The notes beneath the pieces were generated by a model. The model saw only the letters and a list, made by a program, of their open reading frames with translations, was not told the origin of the DNA and did not search any database. This document shows, in pieces, positions 1 through 10,803 of a DNA stretch of 64,000 bases. Position 1 is the stretch's first letter, and every line of letters starts with the position of its first letter. A program made the position numbers and the translations under genes. Origin of the DNA: an uncultured Solirubrobacterales bacterium (lineage in GTDB: Bacteria > Actinomycetota > Thermoleophilia > Solirubrobacterales > Solirubrobacteraceae); assembly GCA_963744815.1 (NCBI GenBank), contig CAVUVL010000014.1:14344-78343 (forward strand), given 5' to 3'.

Positions 1-1243
1 GCTCCATGACGTCCACGATCTGGGCATCGAGCAGGGCCGGGTCCTCGGCCGCGCGACGCAGCAGCCCGCGCTCGCCAACCGCCCCGACCACAGTGGTGGG
101 GTCATGTGCGCTGACCACCGGCAGCTGTGAGACACGGTGCTGGTGCAGCAGGGCCACCGCGTCGCGGACCGGGAAGTGCGGCTCGACCGTGACCAGAGGC
201 GGAATCTCGCCCGCCTCGCGCTTGCGCCGCAGCACGTCGCCGACGGTGAGATCGGAGCTGCGCTCCAAAAAGCCGTACTGACGCATCCAGCCGTCGGAAT
301 AGATCTTCGACAGATACGAGCGCCCGCCGTCGGGGATGATCACTGCGATCACCGCCGACGGGTCGTCGACCTCGGCGGCCACCAGCAGCGCGGCGTGTAC
401 GGCCAGCCCACCCGAACCACCGGCCAGGATCGCCTCCATCTGGGCCAGGCGGCGGGTGGTCAGAAACGCGTCGCGGTCAGACACCGTCACCCAGCGGTCG
501 ACCACGGATGGGTCGAACGTCTGCGGCCAGAAGTCCTCGCCCACGCCCTCCACCAGGTAGGGGCGGACGTTCTCCTCGCCGCCCGAGTAGATCGATCCCT
601 CGGGGTCGGCCCCGACCACCACCAGCTCGGGCAAGCGCTCACGCAGGAAGCGGGCCATGCCGGTGATCGTCCCGCCGGTCCCGACCCCGACCACCAAGTG
701 GGTGAGCCGCTCGCCGAGCTGCTGCAACAGCTCCGGACCGGTGGATTCATAGTGGGTCTGCGGGTTGGCCGGATTGACGTACTGGTTGGGCTGGAAGGCG
801 CCGGGGATCTCCTCGGTCAGGCGGTCGGCCACCCGGTAATAGGACTGCGGGGAGTCGGGCGGCACGTCGGTGGGCGCCACCACCACCTCGGCCCCGTAGG
901 CCCGCAGCAGGTCGATCTTCTCGCGCGACATCTTGTCCGGCATCACGGCGATCACCCGGTAGCCCTTCAGGCGCGCGGCGATGGCCAGCCCGGTGCCGGT
1001 GTTGCCCGAGGTGGGCTCGACGATCGTGCCTCCGGGTCGAAGCTTTCCGTCCCGCTCGGCGGCCAAGATCAGGTTCACGGCCACCCGGTCCTTGATCGAA
1101 CCGCCCGGATTGAACGCCTCGAGCTTGGCGACCACCGAAGGGCGCAGCCCGGCGCCGATCCGCGACAGCGCCACCACCGGTGTGTGGCCGATCGTGTCGA
1201 GGATCGAGTCTCGGCACTGCGGGCTGACCGCGGAGCTGGACAT
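1..1243 (-). CDS. cbs: Cystathionine beta-synthase with C-terminal CBS domains (runs off window edge)
   Basis: My translation from ATG 1243: MSSSAVSPQCRDSILDTIGHTP..KLEAFNPGGSIKDR..EPTSGNTG..GVGTGGT..EGVGEDF..PDGGRSYLSKIY, then a CBS domain (VSQLPVV). Absent from the ORF track because it is open-ended. Confidence 0.92.
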   Translation of the reverse strand, partial: MSSSAVSPQCRDSILDTIGHTPVVALSRIGAGLRPSVVAKLEAFNPGGSIKDRVAVNLILAAERDGKLRPGGTIVEPTSGNTGTGLAIAARLKGYRVIAVMPDKMSREKIDLLRAYGAEVVVAPTDVPPDSPQSYYRVADRLTEEIPGAFQPNQYVNPANPQTHYESTGPELLQQLGERLTHLVVGVGTGGTITGMARFLRERLPELVVVGADPEGSIYSGGEENVRPYLVEGVGEDFWPQTFDPSVVDRWVTVSDRDAFLTTRRLAQMEAILAGGSGGLAVHAALLVAAEVDDPSAVIAVIIPDGGRSYLSKIYSDGWMRQYGFLERSSDLTVGDVLRRKREAGEIPPLVTVEPHFPVRDAVALLHQHRVSQLPVVSAHDPTTVVGAVGERGLLRRAAEDPALLDAQIVDVME

Positions 1244-1256
1244 CACCGGGAGTCTC

Positions 1257-2063
1257 TCACGTGGCCGGGGTGTCGGCCTCGCGCCGGGTGAAGTTGAGCT
1301 GCGTGCCGACGGGCTCGAATCCGAGCCGGTGATAGAGCAGCTGCGGCCAGTCATCGGCGTCTGCCGGCACCGTGATGAGCTCGGCGCCCCAGTCCTGGGC
1401 GGCGGTCACGGCGGCCGAGACCGCGGCCTTGGCCAGCCCTCGCTCGCGATACTCCGGCAGCGTGCCCACGTTCTCGACCATGGCGATGCGGACACCGTCG
1501 AGGTCGGGGTCGAGGAACAGGGTGCACATCGACTGCAGGCCGCCTTCATCGCCGGCGCCAAAGCCCCAAGCGGTGGTGCCGGCCCGCATCAAGGCCTGAG
1601 CCCGAGTCAGCAGTCCGGGCAGCTTGACGGAGGTGTCGGGGCCGTAGTCATAGTGGCGAAGGACGGCCAGGGTCAGGGCGTCGAGCTCGGCCTCGCTGAC
1701 CCGGCGGGCGCGAGGATCGCCCACCCGCGCGTGCGGCCGGTCGCGCAGGACCATGTACAGCGTCCGGTCCAGATGCCATCCGGAGCCGGTCAGCTCGCCG
1801 ACCAGCCGCTCGGCGGCCTGGCCGTCATCCGCGCAAACGTAGCGGTGGCCGAGGTGCCCCAGCCACCGGTCCGCCAATGCCGCCAGCGCCGAAGCGTCGA
1901 ACTGCGCAGGCAAGGGCGCATCGAGGGCCACGGCGTTGAGCACGTGGACGGTGGGCAGGCCCGGATGGCGCCGGACCTGGCCGCCGGGGATGGCGATCGT
2001 CTCGAGTGCCCCGCCCGCGGTCACCCGCCGATCAAAGGCCAGCGCGCGGGCCAGCTCCTCCAT
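1257..2063 (-). CDS. GNAT family N-acetyltransferase
   Basis: C-terminal part of ORF 1257..2585, from MEELARAL; acetyl-CoA motif VENVGTLPEYRERGLAKA and LYHRLGF. Confidence 0.85.
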   Translation of the reverse strand: MEELARALAFDRRVTAGGALETIAIPGGQVRRHPGLPTVHVLNAVALDAPLPAQFDASALAALADRWLGHLGHRYVCADDGQAAERLVGELTGSGWHLDRTLYMVLRDRPHARVGDPRARRVSEAELDALTLAVLRHYDYGPDTSVKLPGLLTRAQALMRAGTTAWGFGAGDEGGLQSMCTLFLDPDLDGVRIAMVENVGTLPEYRERGLAKAAVSAAVTAAQDWGAELITVPADADDWPQLLYHRLGFEPVGTQLNFTRREADTPAT

Positions 2064-2109
2064 CCGGCTCAGCGTGAGGGGAGGGCTCGGGCCGGCGGTC
2101 CGGGCCGGG

Positions 2110-3680
2110 TCAGCTGCCGCCTTCGGCCGGCGTAGAGCCGTAGACGGCGTCGGCCTCCAGCACGCCGGGTCGGCGGCCTCAAACCAGCGGCGGTGGAAGA
2201 ACTTCGGGAAGAACGGCCACGAGGCGAACATCAGGATGATGCCCAGCGACCAAGCCGCCGATACCGACGAAGATCGGCACCTGGATGCCCGAGGAACGGC
2301 GTGGAGTAGTTGTTGCCGGCGGTGTTGTAGTAGCTGGTACGCCTTGATGCCGACGTAGCCCATCATGATCCCGCCGACCACCGGGATCAGGCCGGCGAAG
2401 AAGAAGTTGCGCACGCTCTTGAACAGGTCCTTGCGGAAGTAGACCGCGCAGGCCAGCCCGGTGAAGCCGTAGTAGAAGCAGACCGAGAAGCCGAGCGCCG
2501 AGATCGTGTCCCCGAGCACGTTCTGGTTCGGGTTGAAGGCCAGCAGCGCCACGGTCCACAGGATCGACAGGCCGCCCATCAGCAAGCGTCGAGAAGCTTG
2601 GCGTCAGGAACCGCGGGTGAATGCGGCCGAAGGCCGACGGGATCGCGTTCCAGCTCGCCATCGACAGGGTCGTGCGCGCGGTCGGGAGGATCGTCGTCTG
2701 GGTCGATGCCGAGGCCGAGGTCAGCACCGCGATGATCAGCAGCTTGTCCAGCGGCGAACCGAACACCGCCTTCCCGAGCGCGTTCAGCACGTCGTTTTGA
2801 TTGTTGGGATTGGCCAGGAACGCCGTCCCGTGGTAGGCCTGGGCGGCCGCGGTGACCGCCACGTAGATCAGGAGCAGCAAGCACCGTCGAGACCACCGCC
2901 GCCTTGCCCGGCCCCCGGTTCTTGTCGCGCGACTCCTCGTTGACCGCGACGCCCGGAGTCCCACCCCCAGTAGATGAAGATGCCGAACAGCACCGCCGGG
3001 GATCAGCGCCCCCCAGCTGAGATCGAACGGGTTGAACCACGAGGCCGAAACGTGAATCGAGTGGGCCGGGTTGTTGGCGTAGACCTTGACCAGCGCGACG
3101 ACCGTGAACAGCGCGAGCGTCGCGATCTCGAAGCTGAGCAGAATCGTCTGAACGCGGGCCGAGAGTTCGATGCCGCGGTAGCAGATCCAGGTCATGACGA
3201 TGATCCAGACCACCGAGCCGACGATCAGCCAGAAGTTGTTGGGGGCGCCGCCGGAGCGGAAGAGCAGGAACGTGTAGTTCGCTGGCGATCGCGGCCAGCG
3301 AGGCCATCACGATTACGTCGGCCAGGAATATGGCCCACCCGTTGACCCAGCCCACCTGGGGCCCGAACGCCGCGGGTGACCCAGGCGAACGTGGTGCCGG
3401 CGTCGGGATCGGCCAGATTGAGGAACCGGTAGCCGACCGACACGAACAGGATCGGGATGAACGAGACGATCAGCACTGCCGGCGAGTGCACGCCCACACC
3501 GGTCACCGCGACGATGAACCCAAGCGTGGCGGCCAGGCTGTAGGCCGGGGCCGTCGAGGCGATCGCGATGACCAGGTTGGACGCGTAGCCCAACGCATCG
3601 ACCTTGAGGCCCTTGTGGCCGGGGGCGAAATCGTCGGCTTCGACGGCCGTTTGCTCAACTGATGTCACGGAACTCTCCAA
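2110..3680 (-). CDS. APC family amino-acid permease (several single-base frameshifts)
   Basis: Pieces in ORFs 3225..3680, 2579..3355, 2179..3213 and 1257..2585: IASTAPAYSLAATLG, PDAGTTFAW, SASASTQTTILPTARTTLSM, many TM helices; inferred stop at 2110. Confidence 0.85.
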
Positions 3681-3821
3681 AAGATTGGTGAAACTTACGG
3701 CCGGAGCGGCGGTCGCGCAAGGTGAAACTGACAGACGCGCTCGCGACGGGTTTATACCGCTTGTACAACGGGGTCGCCGTTATGGTGCACGGCTTCTGTC
3801 CCGGGCCGAGCGGCCGCGGGC

Positions 3822-4796
3822 TCAGGTCGAGGGGCTGACCCCCTGGTGCGCACGCAGCCAGGCCACCGTGTCCGCCAAGCCGTCGCGCAGGTCGACCCCG
3901 GCCTCCCAGCCCAGGAGCTGGCGGGCCTTCTCCACCGACGGCCACCGGCGCTGGACGTCAACCTCGAAGCTCGGCAGGTGGGTCAGCTCGAACGCGTCCG
4001 GGGCCTCGCCGCAGGCCTCCCAGATCAGCCGCGCCAGCTCGGCGATGGTCAGCTCGCGCGAGGCGGAGATGTTGAAGTCCTGGTTCTCGCCCGCCGGCGA
4101 CGACATCGCGCTCACGATCCCGTCGGCGATGTCGTCGACGTGGGTCAGCGTGCGCGTCTGCTCGCCGCTGCCGAAGATCTGAAGCGGCCGCTGGCCGGAC
4201 AGGACCTTGGCGATCAGGTCGGGCACGGCGTGGGCGATGCCCGGTTCGTCGGGGTCGGGCATCTCGCCCGGACCGTAGGCGTTGAACGGTCGGCAGATCG
4301 TGTAGCGCAGGCCGTGCTGGTCGTGGGCGGCCCGGGTGTATACCTCGCCGGCCAGCTTGGAGAAGCCGTAGGCCGAGCGCGGCGCAGGGCAGCAGTCCAG
4401 GTGGCTTTCGGGAGTCGGGAACTCGGTCGCGCGCTCGAACACCATCGACGAGGACACGTAGGTGAATCGCTCCACGTCCTGCTCGACCGCGGCGTGCACG
4501 ATCGCGCCGGTGAGCGCGTTGTTGACCTCGGTCAGCGTGAACGGGAGCTTGTGGAAGTTGGCGATCCCACCCACGATCGCCGCCAGGTGGATCACATGCG
4601 AGCAGCCGTGCACCGCCGACCGGGCCACCTCGAGGTCGCGCAGATCGCCGGTCTGGATCTCGCAGCCCTCGCGCATCCAGGCCGGGGCCTCGCGGTGATC
4701 GCAGACCCGGACCTCCCAGTCGGGATCGGTCAGCAGGCGCCGGACTACCGCCGCGCCGATCGTGCCGGCCCCACCCGTCACCAGTACGCGGGGCAT
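3822..4796 (-). CDS. NAD-dependent epimerase/dehydratase (extended SDR)
   Basis: MPRVLVTGGAGTIG, HLAA, YVSSS, YGFSK (YxxxK), RPFNAYGP. Confidence 0.92.
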   Translation of the reverse strand: MPRVLVTGGAGTIGAAVVRRLLTDPDWEVRVCDHREAPAWMREGCEIQTGDLRDLEVARSAVHGCSHVIHLAAIVGGIANFHKLPFTLTEVNNALTGAIVHAAVEQDVERFTYVSSSMVFERATEFPTPESHLDCCPAPRSAYGFSKLAGEVYTRAAHDQHGLRYTICRPFNAYGPGEMPDPDEPGIAHAVPDLIAKVLSGQRPLQIFGSGEQTRTLTHVDDIADGIVSAMSSPAGENQDFNISASRELTIAELARLIWEACGEAPDAFELTHLPSFEVDVQRRWPSVEKARQLLGWEAGVDLRDGLADTVAWLRAHQGVSPST

Positions 4797-6095
4797 CAGT
4801 GCCGGGTGTCCGGCGAGGCGTCGAGCGGCGAGGGCCGGTGGCGCAGGGCGGCGACCTCGGCCGCGTAGGTGAACAGCTGAGTCGTGCCGAGGCTGTTCCA
4901 GGGATCCACCAGCAGGCATTCGTCAGAGGCCAGAGCGAGGATCTGCTGGAGCGTGCTGGGGTCTTCGAACGCCGAGTGATTCGTCGCCACGATCACCACG
5001 TCGGCGTCCCGGACCGCGTCATCCAGGGGCTGGGTCGGGGTGGCGGCGTGCGGGATCGCAGACCGCCACGTCGGCCAGCTCGCGTTCCAGCAGCCGGATC
5101 AGCTTGGGCGACAGCGAGTCGCGCTCGTCGTCGGTGTCGCGCTTGAAGGTCAGGCCCAGGACCGCGACCTTGCGCGAGCCCAGACTTCCGACCCGGCGCT
5201 TGATCCCCTCGACCAGGAACAGCGGCACACCCTCATTCACCCGCGAGACGGCCAGCAGCATCCCCGGCGCGTGCGAGCGCTCCTCGGAGAAAGCGAAGTC
5301 CTTGCGCAGGCAGGTGCCGGCGGTCATGCCCGGCATCGCGATCCCCCCGCGCGGGTAATCGTGGTTGATCAGCTCGATCACCTCGAACACGTTGGCCCCG
5401 TAGCTCTCGCAATCCATCATCAGCAGGTTGGGCAGGGCGAAGGTGGCGTAGCGCAGGATGTTGGTCCAGATCTTGGCCAGCTCGGCCTGCACCGGCGTGG
5501 TGCGGACAATGGGGGCGCCGAACACGCTGAACAGGCTGGCCGCCCGCTCGGTCGAGGTCTCGCACACGCCGCCGATGATGCAGGGCAGGGTGGAGATCTC
5601 CTCGAGGAAGCGCCCGGCGGCGATCCGCTCAGGGGCGTGGGCCACGAACACGTCCTCGCCCACGCGCAGCCCTCGGCGCTTCGCCAGGTAGCCGGCCACA
5701 TATTCGGTCGTGCCGGGAGCAATCGTCGAGCGCAGGATCAGCGAGTGACCCGGGCGCAGCAGCGGCAGCAGGTCATCGACCGCCGCGCGCACCTGGCGCA
5801 GGTCGCTCTCCACGTGCGAGAACGACGGGGTGCCGATCGTGATCACGATGTCGTCGGCCCGGGCGGCGTCAGCGGCTCGGTCGGTGAGCTCGAGTCGACC
5901 CGTGCCCAGCGCCTGATCCAGCAGCGCCTGGGTCCCGGCCTCGCTGAACGGCATCCTTCCGGCCCGCAGCGAGCTCAGGATGGCAGGGTCGTGGTCGACG
6001 CCGAGCACCCGCAGACCGCGGTCGGCGAAGCTCAGGGCCAGCGGCAGTCCCACGCGGCCCAGGCCGATCACGGATATGTAGCGCTCGTCGCTCAC
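4796..6095 (-). CDS. Nucleotide-sugar dehydrogenase (UDP-Glc/GDP-Man/UDP-ManNAc dehydrogenase family); frameshift near 5050
   Basis: VIGLGRVGLP, LRSTIAPGTT, PERIAAG, AELAK, GTCLRKD, LGLTFKRDTDDERDS; C-terminus (VVIVATNH..LVDPWN) lies in ORF 4796..4999. Confidence 0.9.
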
Positions 6096-6170
6096 GGGCC
6101 TGGATATAAACGTAAAGGCGGGGTCGACGTTTTCGTTAATTCGCCGTCGGGCCCGGAGCTCCGCCTCGGA

Positions 6171-6461
6171 TCAGTGACCCTCGTCGGCGTCATGGCCCAG
6201 GCTGGGCAGGGGGGACAGGCCCGGCTCGGCGGCGTGGCCGCGGATCTCGCCCACGAAGGCGATCTTGTCCAGGCGGGCGATCTCGCGCTCGCCCTCGCGG
6301 CGCGCCGGGTGGTCGGGCGGCAGTCCGCGGATCAGCTCCCGGATGCGCTCGCGCAGCTGCAGGGCGAAGTGCGGCGTGGAGGCGCCCATCAGCTGGCGCA
6401 CGTCCTCGACGGTGACGTGGTGCTCGGGGCGCAACCGCTCGGGATTCTCGGCTTGGCTCAT
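6171..6461 (-). CDS. Hypothetical protein (96 aa)
   Basis: 4-nt overlap with the upstream gene; natural-looking helical sequence. Confidence 0.7.
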   Translation of the reverse strand: MSQAENPERLRPEHHVTVEDVRQLMGASTPHFALQLRERIRELIRGLPPDHPARREGEREIARLDKIAFVGEIRGHAAEPGLSPLPSLGHDADEGH

Positions 6462-7673
6462 CTCGTGGTCTGGGGTACCGCTTGCAGGAGGCTGTCGACC
6501 TCGGCCTGAACTCCCGTGGAGATGGCGCCTTGGTCACCGATCATCCAGCCGTGGTTGTACACGGCGGCGGTCGGTCCCTCCTGTGTGTAACCCGGGGTAG
6601 CGTAGTTGAGGAAGAACTGGAGCACCGCGTGGGGCAGGGTGGACGGGCTCTGCACCAGCAGCTGGGGCCCGAAGTCGCCGGTGCCGGACAGCGGGGCGGC
6701 GGCGGCCGCGTCGAGCGGTCGGCTCGAGTTGACCAGCACGTAGCCGTGGCCGGGGCTGCGGATCGCCCAGCCGAAGCTGCCGGGGATGTGCGCGCAGGGC
6801 TGGCCGAACGGGCACGGCGGGTCCCGGTACTCGGCGAAGGCGACCGAGTTGGCGGCCGGATCGCTGGCCCCCACCCGCTTGACCGTCCCGTACTTGCCCA
6901 GCTGGCTGACCACCGACTGGCTGATCACGCTCGGCGGTCCCAGGACGTAGATGTGGGGGTGGGGGTGCGCGCGTAGCGCTTGAGCCGTGGCGCTGGGCAC
7001 GGTCGACGGCCCGACGAACAGCACCGGGTCGCCGCTCTCGGCCGCCCAGCCCGCGGCCGGCATCGCGTAGGCCGGCGAGGTGGCCGAGGCGATCACCACG
7101 TCTGCGCTCGGGCGCCCGGCCGCGGCGCTGGCGAAGCGGTCGATTGCCGCGGCCAGCGAGTAGGGGTCGTTGCCCGTGATCGCCGCCGAGCGCAGTCCCT
7201 TGACCGCGGGCACGTCACCGACCCGGATCAGCTGGGCCCCCCTGATCGAGCCCGAGCCCGTCGGGCTCAGCGCCGCCAGGGCACCGCCGGTCACCGTCGG
7301 CAGCGTCTGGCTCCCGGACAGCAGGATCGGGGCGTTGATCGGCGCCGCCATCAGAACCGAGGAGGCGATTGCCGCCTGCCAGTCGTCGGTCGGCGCCAGG
7401 GTCACCGCTTCCGGGTGCGTGCCGGGCGCGGCGGACGGGTACACGGCCAGCGCGACGCCGGCGGCGTCCGAGATCGGATCGGCACCGGGCACCCGGGTCG
7501 TGTTGCTGGTGGCCACGGTCGGGAAGCCGAGCTTGGCCACGGCGTGCGGGGCCTGCGAGCCGATACCGACCGTCACGGTCGCGGAATCGGTGTGGGTCAG
7601 GAGCTTGGTCGAACCGCAGCCGCGCGAGCGCCACGGCCACGCCGAGCAGGGTTGGGAGCATCGGCCACCGCAT
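6458..7673 (-). CDS. Lipoprotein with cell-wall-binding repeat 2-like domains; frameshift near 7622
   Basis: ATG 7673 MRWPMLPTLLGVAVALA then, after a 1-nt shift, GCGSTK (LAGC lipobox); APILLS, DPVLFV, IYVLGPPSVIS and VKRVGA motifs resemble CW_binding_2. Confidence 0.75.
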
Positions 7674-7794
7674 CCGCGCGCACGTTAGCGGGGGTCCGGG
7701 TCGTCCGGCGCCGATCGTGACGCGGCGACGGCCCAGCCCCAGGTGACACTCGTGAAACCAGGACGCCACGCGCCGCGCGGATCTGTATGTTGCC

Positions 7795-7935
7795 GCCACG
7801 CCTAATCCGCGGGCAGCGAAATCCGCGGAGCGGGGGACCCACATCAGGTTCCCAGGGGCTAATCCCGCGGTGAAACCGCGGGAGGCGCAGGCTCTTTTAG
7901 CGCTAGCCCGACAGCTAACCCCGCCGGCCGCCGAA
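7795..7935 (+). ncRNA. c-di-AMP (ydaO/yuaA) riboswitch
   Basis: Ordered conserved segments GCCTAATCC..GGGGGACCCA..GGGGCTAATC..(CCGCGGTGAAACCGCGG hairpin)..AGCCCGACAGCTAACCCCGCCGGC directly upstream of a cell-wall hydrolase-like gene. Confidence 0.85.
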
Positions 7936-7944
7936 AGAGAAAAA

Positions 7945-8538
7945 TTGCGCCCCCTACGTCTCATCGCTCCCGTGCTCGCGCTATTCGCGTTCGCCGGGAC
8001 CGCCCAGGCCGCCACCGCCGCACGCACGGGCTCGACCACCACGGTCAACGGCGGCGCCGGCATCGGCGGTCCGGTCACCGCGCCCAGCACGTCGGCGCAG
8101 CCGACGGTCAAGGGCAACAAGGCCAAGATCATCCACGGCCTGGCCTACGCGCCGTCCTACGCCCCGATGCAGGTCAAGAAGATCATCTGGGCCGGTGACA
8201 AGATCCGCCGTAAGCCCTACATCTACGGCGGTGGCCACGGGGTCTGGAACGACGCCGGCTATGACTGCTCGGGGTCGGTGTCCTACGTCCTGCACGCCGC
8301 CGGTCTGCTCAAGGTCTCGATGGATTCGACCGAGTTCGAGTCCTGGGGCCAGGCCGGCCTGGGCCAGTGGGTGACCGTCTACACCAACCCGGGCCACGCG
8401 TTCATCGAGGTGGCCGGCATCCGCCTCGACACCTCGGCCGAAGGCGACCCCCATCCGGCTCCGGGCACCGGTCCGCGCTGGCGCCCGCTGCTCCAGGACA
8501 CCTCGGGCTTCCAGCCCCGGCATCCCGCCAGCCTCTGA
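7945..8538 (+). CDS. Secreted NlpC/P60-like peptidoglycan hydrolase
   Basis: TTG 7945 (in frame with ORF 7870) gives signal peptide MRPLRLIAPVLALFAFAGTAQA; PYIYGGGH..YDCSGSVS..GHAFI catalytic Cys/His. Confidence 0.85.
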   Translation: MRPLRLIAPVLALFAFAGTAQAATAARTGSTTTVNGGAGIGGPVTAPSTSAQPTVKGNKAKIIHGLAYAPSYAPMQVKKIIWAGDKIRRKPYIYGGGHGVWNDAGYDCSGSVSYVLHAAGLLKVSMDSTEFESWGQAGLGQWVTVYTNPGHAFIEVAGIRLDTSAEGDPHPAPGTGPRWRPLLQDTSGFQPRHPASL

Positions 8539-8608
8539 GCCGGGCGCGACTCGGCCGCGGGTCGATACCCTTCAAGAGCCAGTCCAGCCACCGCCCAAGG
8601 AGGATGCG

Positions 8609-9466
8609 ATGCCGGGCCTTTCCGGGCGCATGTCCACCGTCGTCAAAGCCAAGATCTCGAAACTGCTCGATCGCGCCGAGGATCCGTCCGAGACCCTCGA
8701 GTACAGCTACCAGAAGCAGATCGAGCTGCTCCAGAACGTCAAGAAGGGGATCGCCGACGTCGTCACGTCGAAGAAGCGGCTGCAGCTGCAGGAGGAGAAG
8801 CTCCAGCAGCAGGTGGTAAAGCTCGACACCCAGGCTCGTCAGGCGCTCGCCGCCGGCAACGAGGAACTGGCCCGGACCGCGCTGGAGCGCAAGAACGTCG
8901 CCCAGACCGAACTTCAGTCGCTGGACTCGCAGATCGCCCAGCTCGAGCAGCAGCAGGCTCAGATGACCGAGTCCGAGCAGAAGCTGCGCTCCAAGATCGA
9001 GCAGTTCCGCTCCAAGAAGGAGGTCATCAAGGCGCAGTATTCGGCCGCCGAGGCCCAGGTGCGGATCTCCGAAGCAGCAACCGGGGTCGGCGAGGAGATG
9101 GCAGACGTTGGCCTGGCGATGCAGCGGGCGCTGGACAAGACCGAGAACATGAAGGCGCGCGCCGACGCCGTTCAGGAGCTCGAGGCCGCGGGCACGTTTG
9201 AGGACCTGACGACCTTGACTCCCGGCGAAGACGACATCGATCGTCAGCTCAAGGAGCTGTCGAGCACCAGCGAGGTGGACAACGAGCTGGCCAAGATGAA
9301 GGCCGAGCTGGGTACCGGGGGTGCGCCGCGCGGTCAGCTCGGAGCCGGCGAGGGCGGTGGCGACGCGGCGCCGGGCAGCGCCTCGGACGGTGGTGTCAGA
9401 ACAGCGGAGGAAGGCGTCGGCACGGCCGGCGAGGGTCGCGCCCCGGGTCAGGAGCCGGGCCAATGA
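8609..9466 (+). CDS. pspA: PspA/IM30 family protein
   Basis: LLDRAEDP..GNEELARTALERK coiled coil; SD AAGGAGG upstream. Confidence 0.93.
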   Translation: MPGLSGRMSTVVKAKISKLLDRAEDPSETLEYSYQKQIELLQNVKKGIADVVTSKKRLQLQEEKLQQQVVKLDTQARQALAAGNEELARTALERKNVAQTELQSLDSQIAQLEQQQAQMTESEQKLRSKIEQFRSKKEVIKAQYSAAEAQVRISEAATGVGEEMADVGLAMQRALDKTENMKARADAVQELEAAGTFEDLTTLTPGEDDIDRQLKELSSTSEVDNELAKMKAELGTGGAPRGQLGAGEGGGDAAPGSASDGGVRTAEEGVGTAGEGRAPGQEPGQ

Positions 9467-9741
9467 TCGTCCGGATCTCGAACGAGGGCCAGTACGAGAT
9501 CGACGACTCCGACAGACCAGCGCTAAACGAACTGGACAATGCCGCCGTGGTGGCCTGCGATACGTCCGACGAGGCCCGGTTCCGGGCTGCCTTCGACCAG
9601 CTGCTCGGGTACGTGCGTGAGCATGGACACCAGCTCCCCGACGACGAGCTCGTCGGGTCAGACCTCATCCTGCCGCCGCCCGACGTGTCGCTCGACGAGG
9701 CCAAGGCCGAGTTCCAGGGCGAGGGCCTGATCCCCAACTAG
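9463..9741 (+). CDS. pspAA: PspA-associated protein PspAA
   Basis: MIVRISNEGQY..LNELDN..SDLILPPPD..EGLIP; 4-nt overlap with pspA. Confidence 0.85.
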   Translation: MIVRISNEGQYEIDDSDRPALNELDNAAVVACDTSDEARFRAAFDQLLGYVREHGHQLPDDELVGSDLILPPPDVSLDEAKAEFQGEGLIPN

Positions 9742-10775
9742 AGCAGTCCCGACAGCAGGGCGTGGAGCTCTCCCGCAGCCCGGTCCCAGCTGAACTCCGC
9801 CGCCCTGTGTCGCCCGCGCGCGGTCAGCCGGTCGCGCGTCGCCTCGTCGTTGAGCACCGTTTCCAGGGCCGAGGCGACCGCCTCGGCGTCGTCGGGGTCC
9901 ACCAGCAGGGCCGCGTCCCCGCAGGTCTCGGGCAGGGCGCCGCGATCCGCGGCCACCACCGGCACGCCACACGCCATCGCCTCCAGGCACGGAAGACCGA
10001 GCCCCTCATAGCGCGACGGCAGCACGAACGCACTGGCCCCGGCGTACAGACCTGGGAGATCTGGTTCGGCGATGTAGCCCAGGGAGCGCACCCCGGCCAC
10101 CGGACGAGTACTCGCGAACTGGGGGCGGGCGTCGCCGGCCTGCACCACCTCGACCCCAGCGCGGCTCAGTCGGGCCGCGGCCTGATCCAGGGCACCGAGG
10201 TTCTTGCGCACGTCGGCCGTTCCGATCGTCAATACGTAGCGGCCGTGCAGCCCGAGCTTGACCCGAACCCGCTCGCTGTCGGCGGCGGCTTGGGGCGAGA
10301 ACTGAGCGCCGACGCCACCGCGGATCACCCGCACGCGTGCGGGCTCCAAGCCCAGCAGCTCCACCAGTTCGCGCTTGGAGAACTCCGACACCGTCACCAC
10401 CTGCCGCGCGCGGCGAGCCGAGGCTACGCCCAGGCGGTGGTGCAACGCCAGGTAGTTGCGGGAGTAGGCCTCGGGCATCCGAAACGGGGCGGCGTCGTGG
10501 ACCAGGACCACGTTGTGCGGCCAGGCCACGGGCGCCAGGTTGGCGGGGGAGAAGATCAGCCTGGCTCTGTGGTGCAAGGCCGCGGCCGGCAACATCAGCT
10601 GCTCCCAGGCGTGGCCCAGCGTGCGGCTGCTGGCCACCGGCGGCGGGTGGGCGACGGGGTAGTGCCCCGGGGCGAGCGCGCGCAGGCGCGGGGTGAGCTC
10701 GAGCGTCCAGCGCTCGACGCCGGTGATCGTCGCGCGCTTGGCCACGCGGGCGTTGATCAGCACGCGGCCGGTCAT
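9738..10775 (-). CDS. Glycosyltransferase family 4 (GT-B)
   Basis: TGVERW, VHDAAP, TVSEFSK, RKNL, FVLPSRYEGLGLPCLEAMACGVPVV. Confidence 0.92.
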   Translation of the reverse strand: MTGRVLINARVAKRATITGVERWTLELTPRLRALAPGHYPVAHPPPVASSRTLGHAWEQLMLPAAALHHRARLIFSPANLAPVAWPHNVVLVHDAAPFRMPEAYSRNYLALHHRLGVASARRARQVVTVSEFSKRELVELLGLEPARVRVIRGGVGAQFSPQAAADSERVRVKLGLHGRYVLTIGTADVRKNLGALDQAAARLSRAGVEVVQAGDARPQFASTRPVAGVRSLGYIAEPDLPGLYAGASAFVLPSRYEGLGLPCLEAMACGVPVVAADRGALPETCGDAALLVDPDDAEAVASALETVLNDEATRDRLTARGRHRAAEFSWDRAAGELHALLSGLL

Positions 10776-10803
10776 CGGTTGTGAGGAGACCGAGATCGCG
10801 GGG

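Noticed and set aside
1257-2585. Permease-GNAT fusion ORF
   Set aside because: An indel near 2165 bypasses the permease stop at 2110; the GNAT has its own ATG at 2063.
2110-3680. Pseudogenes or programmed frameshifts in the permease, sugar dehydrogenase, SRPBCC, addA, ku and others
   Set aside because: Single-base indels in GC runs are scattered across otherwise intact genes with no internal stops, as expected from unpolished long-read assembly.
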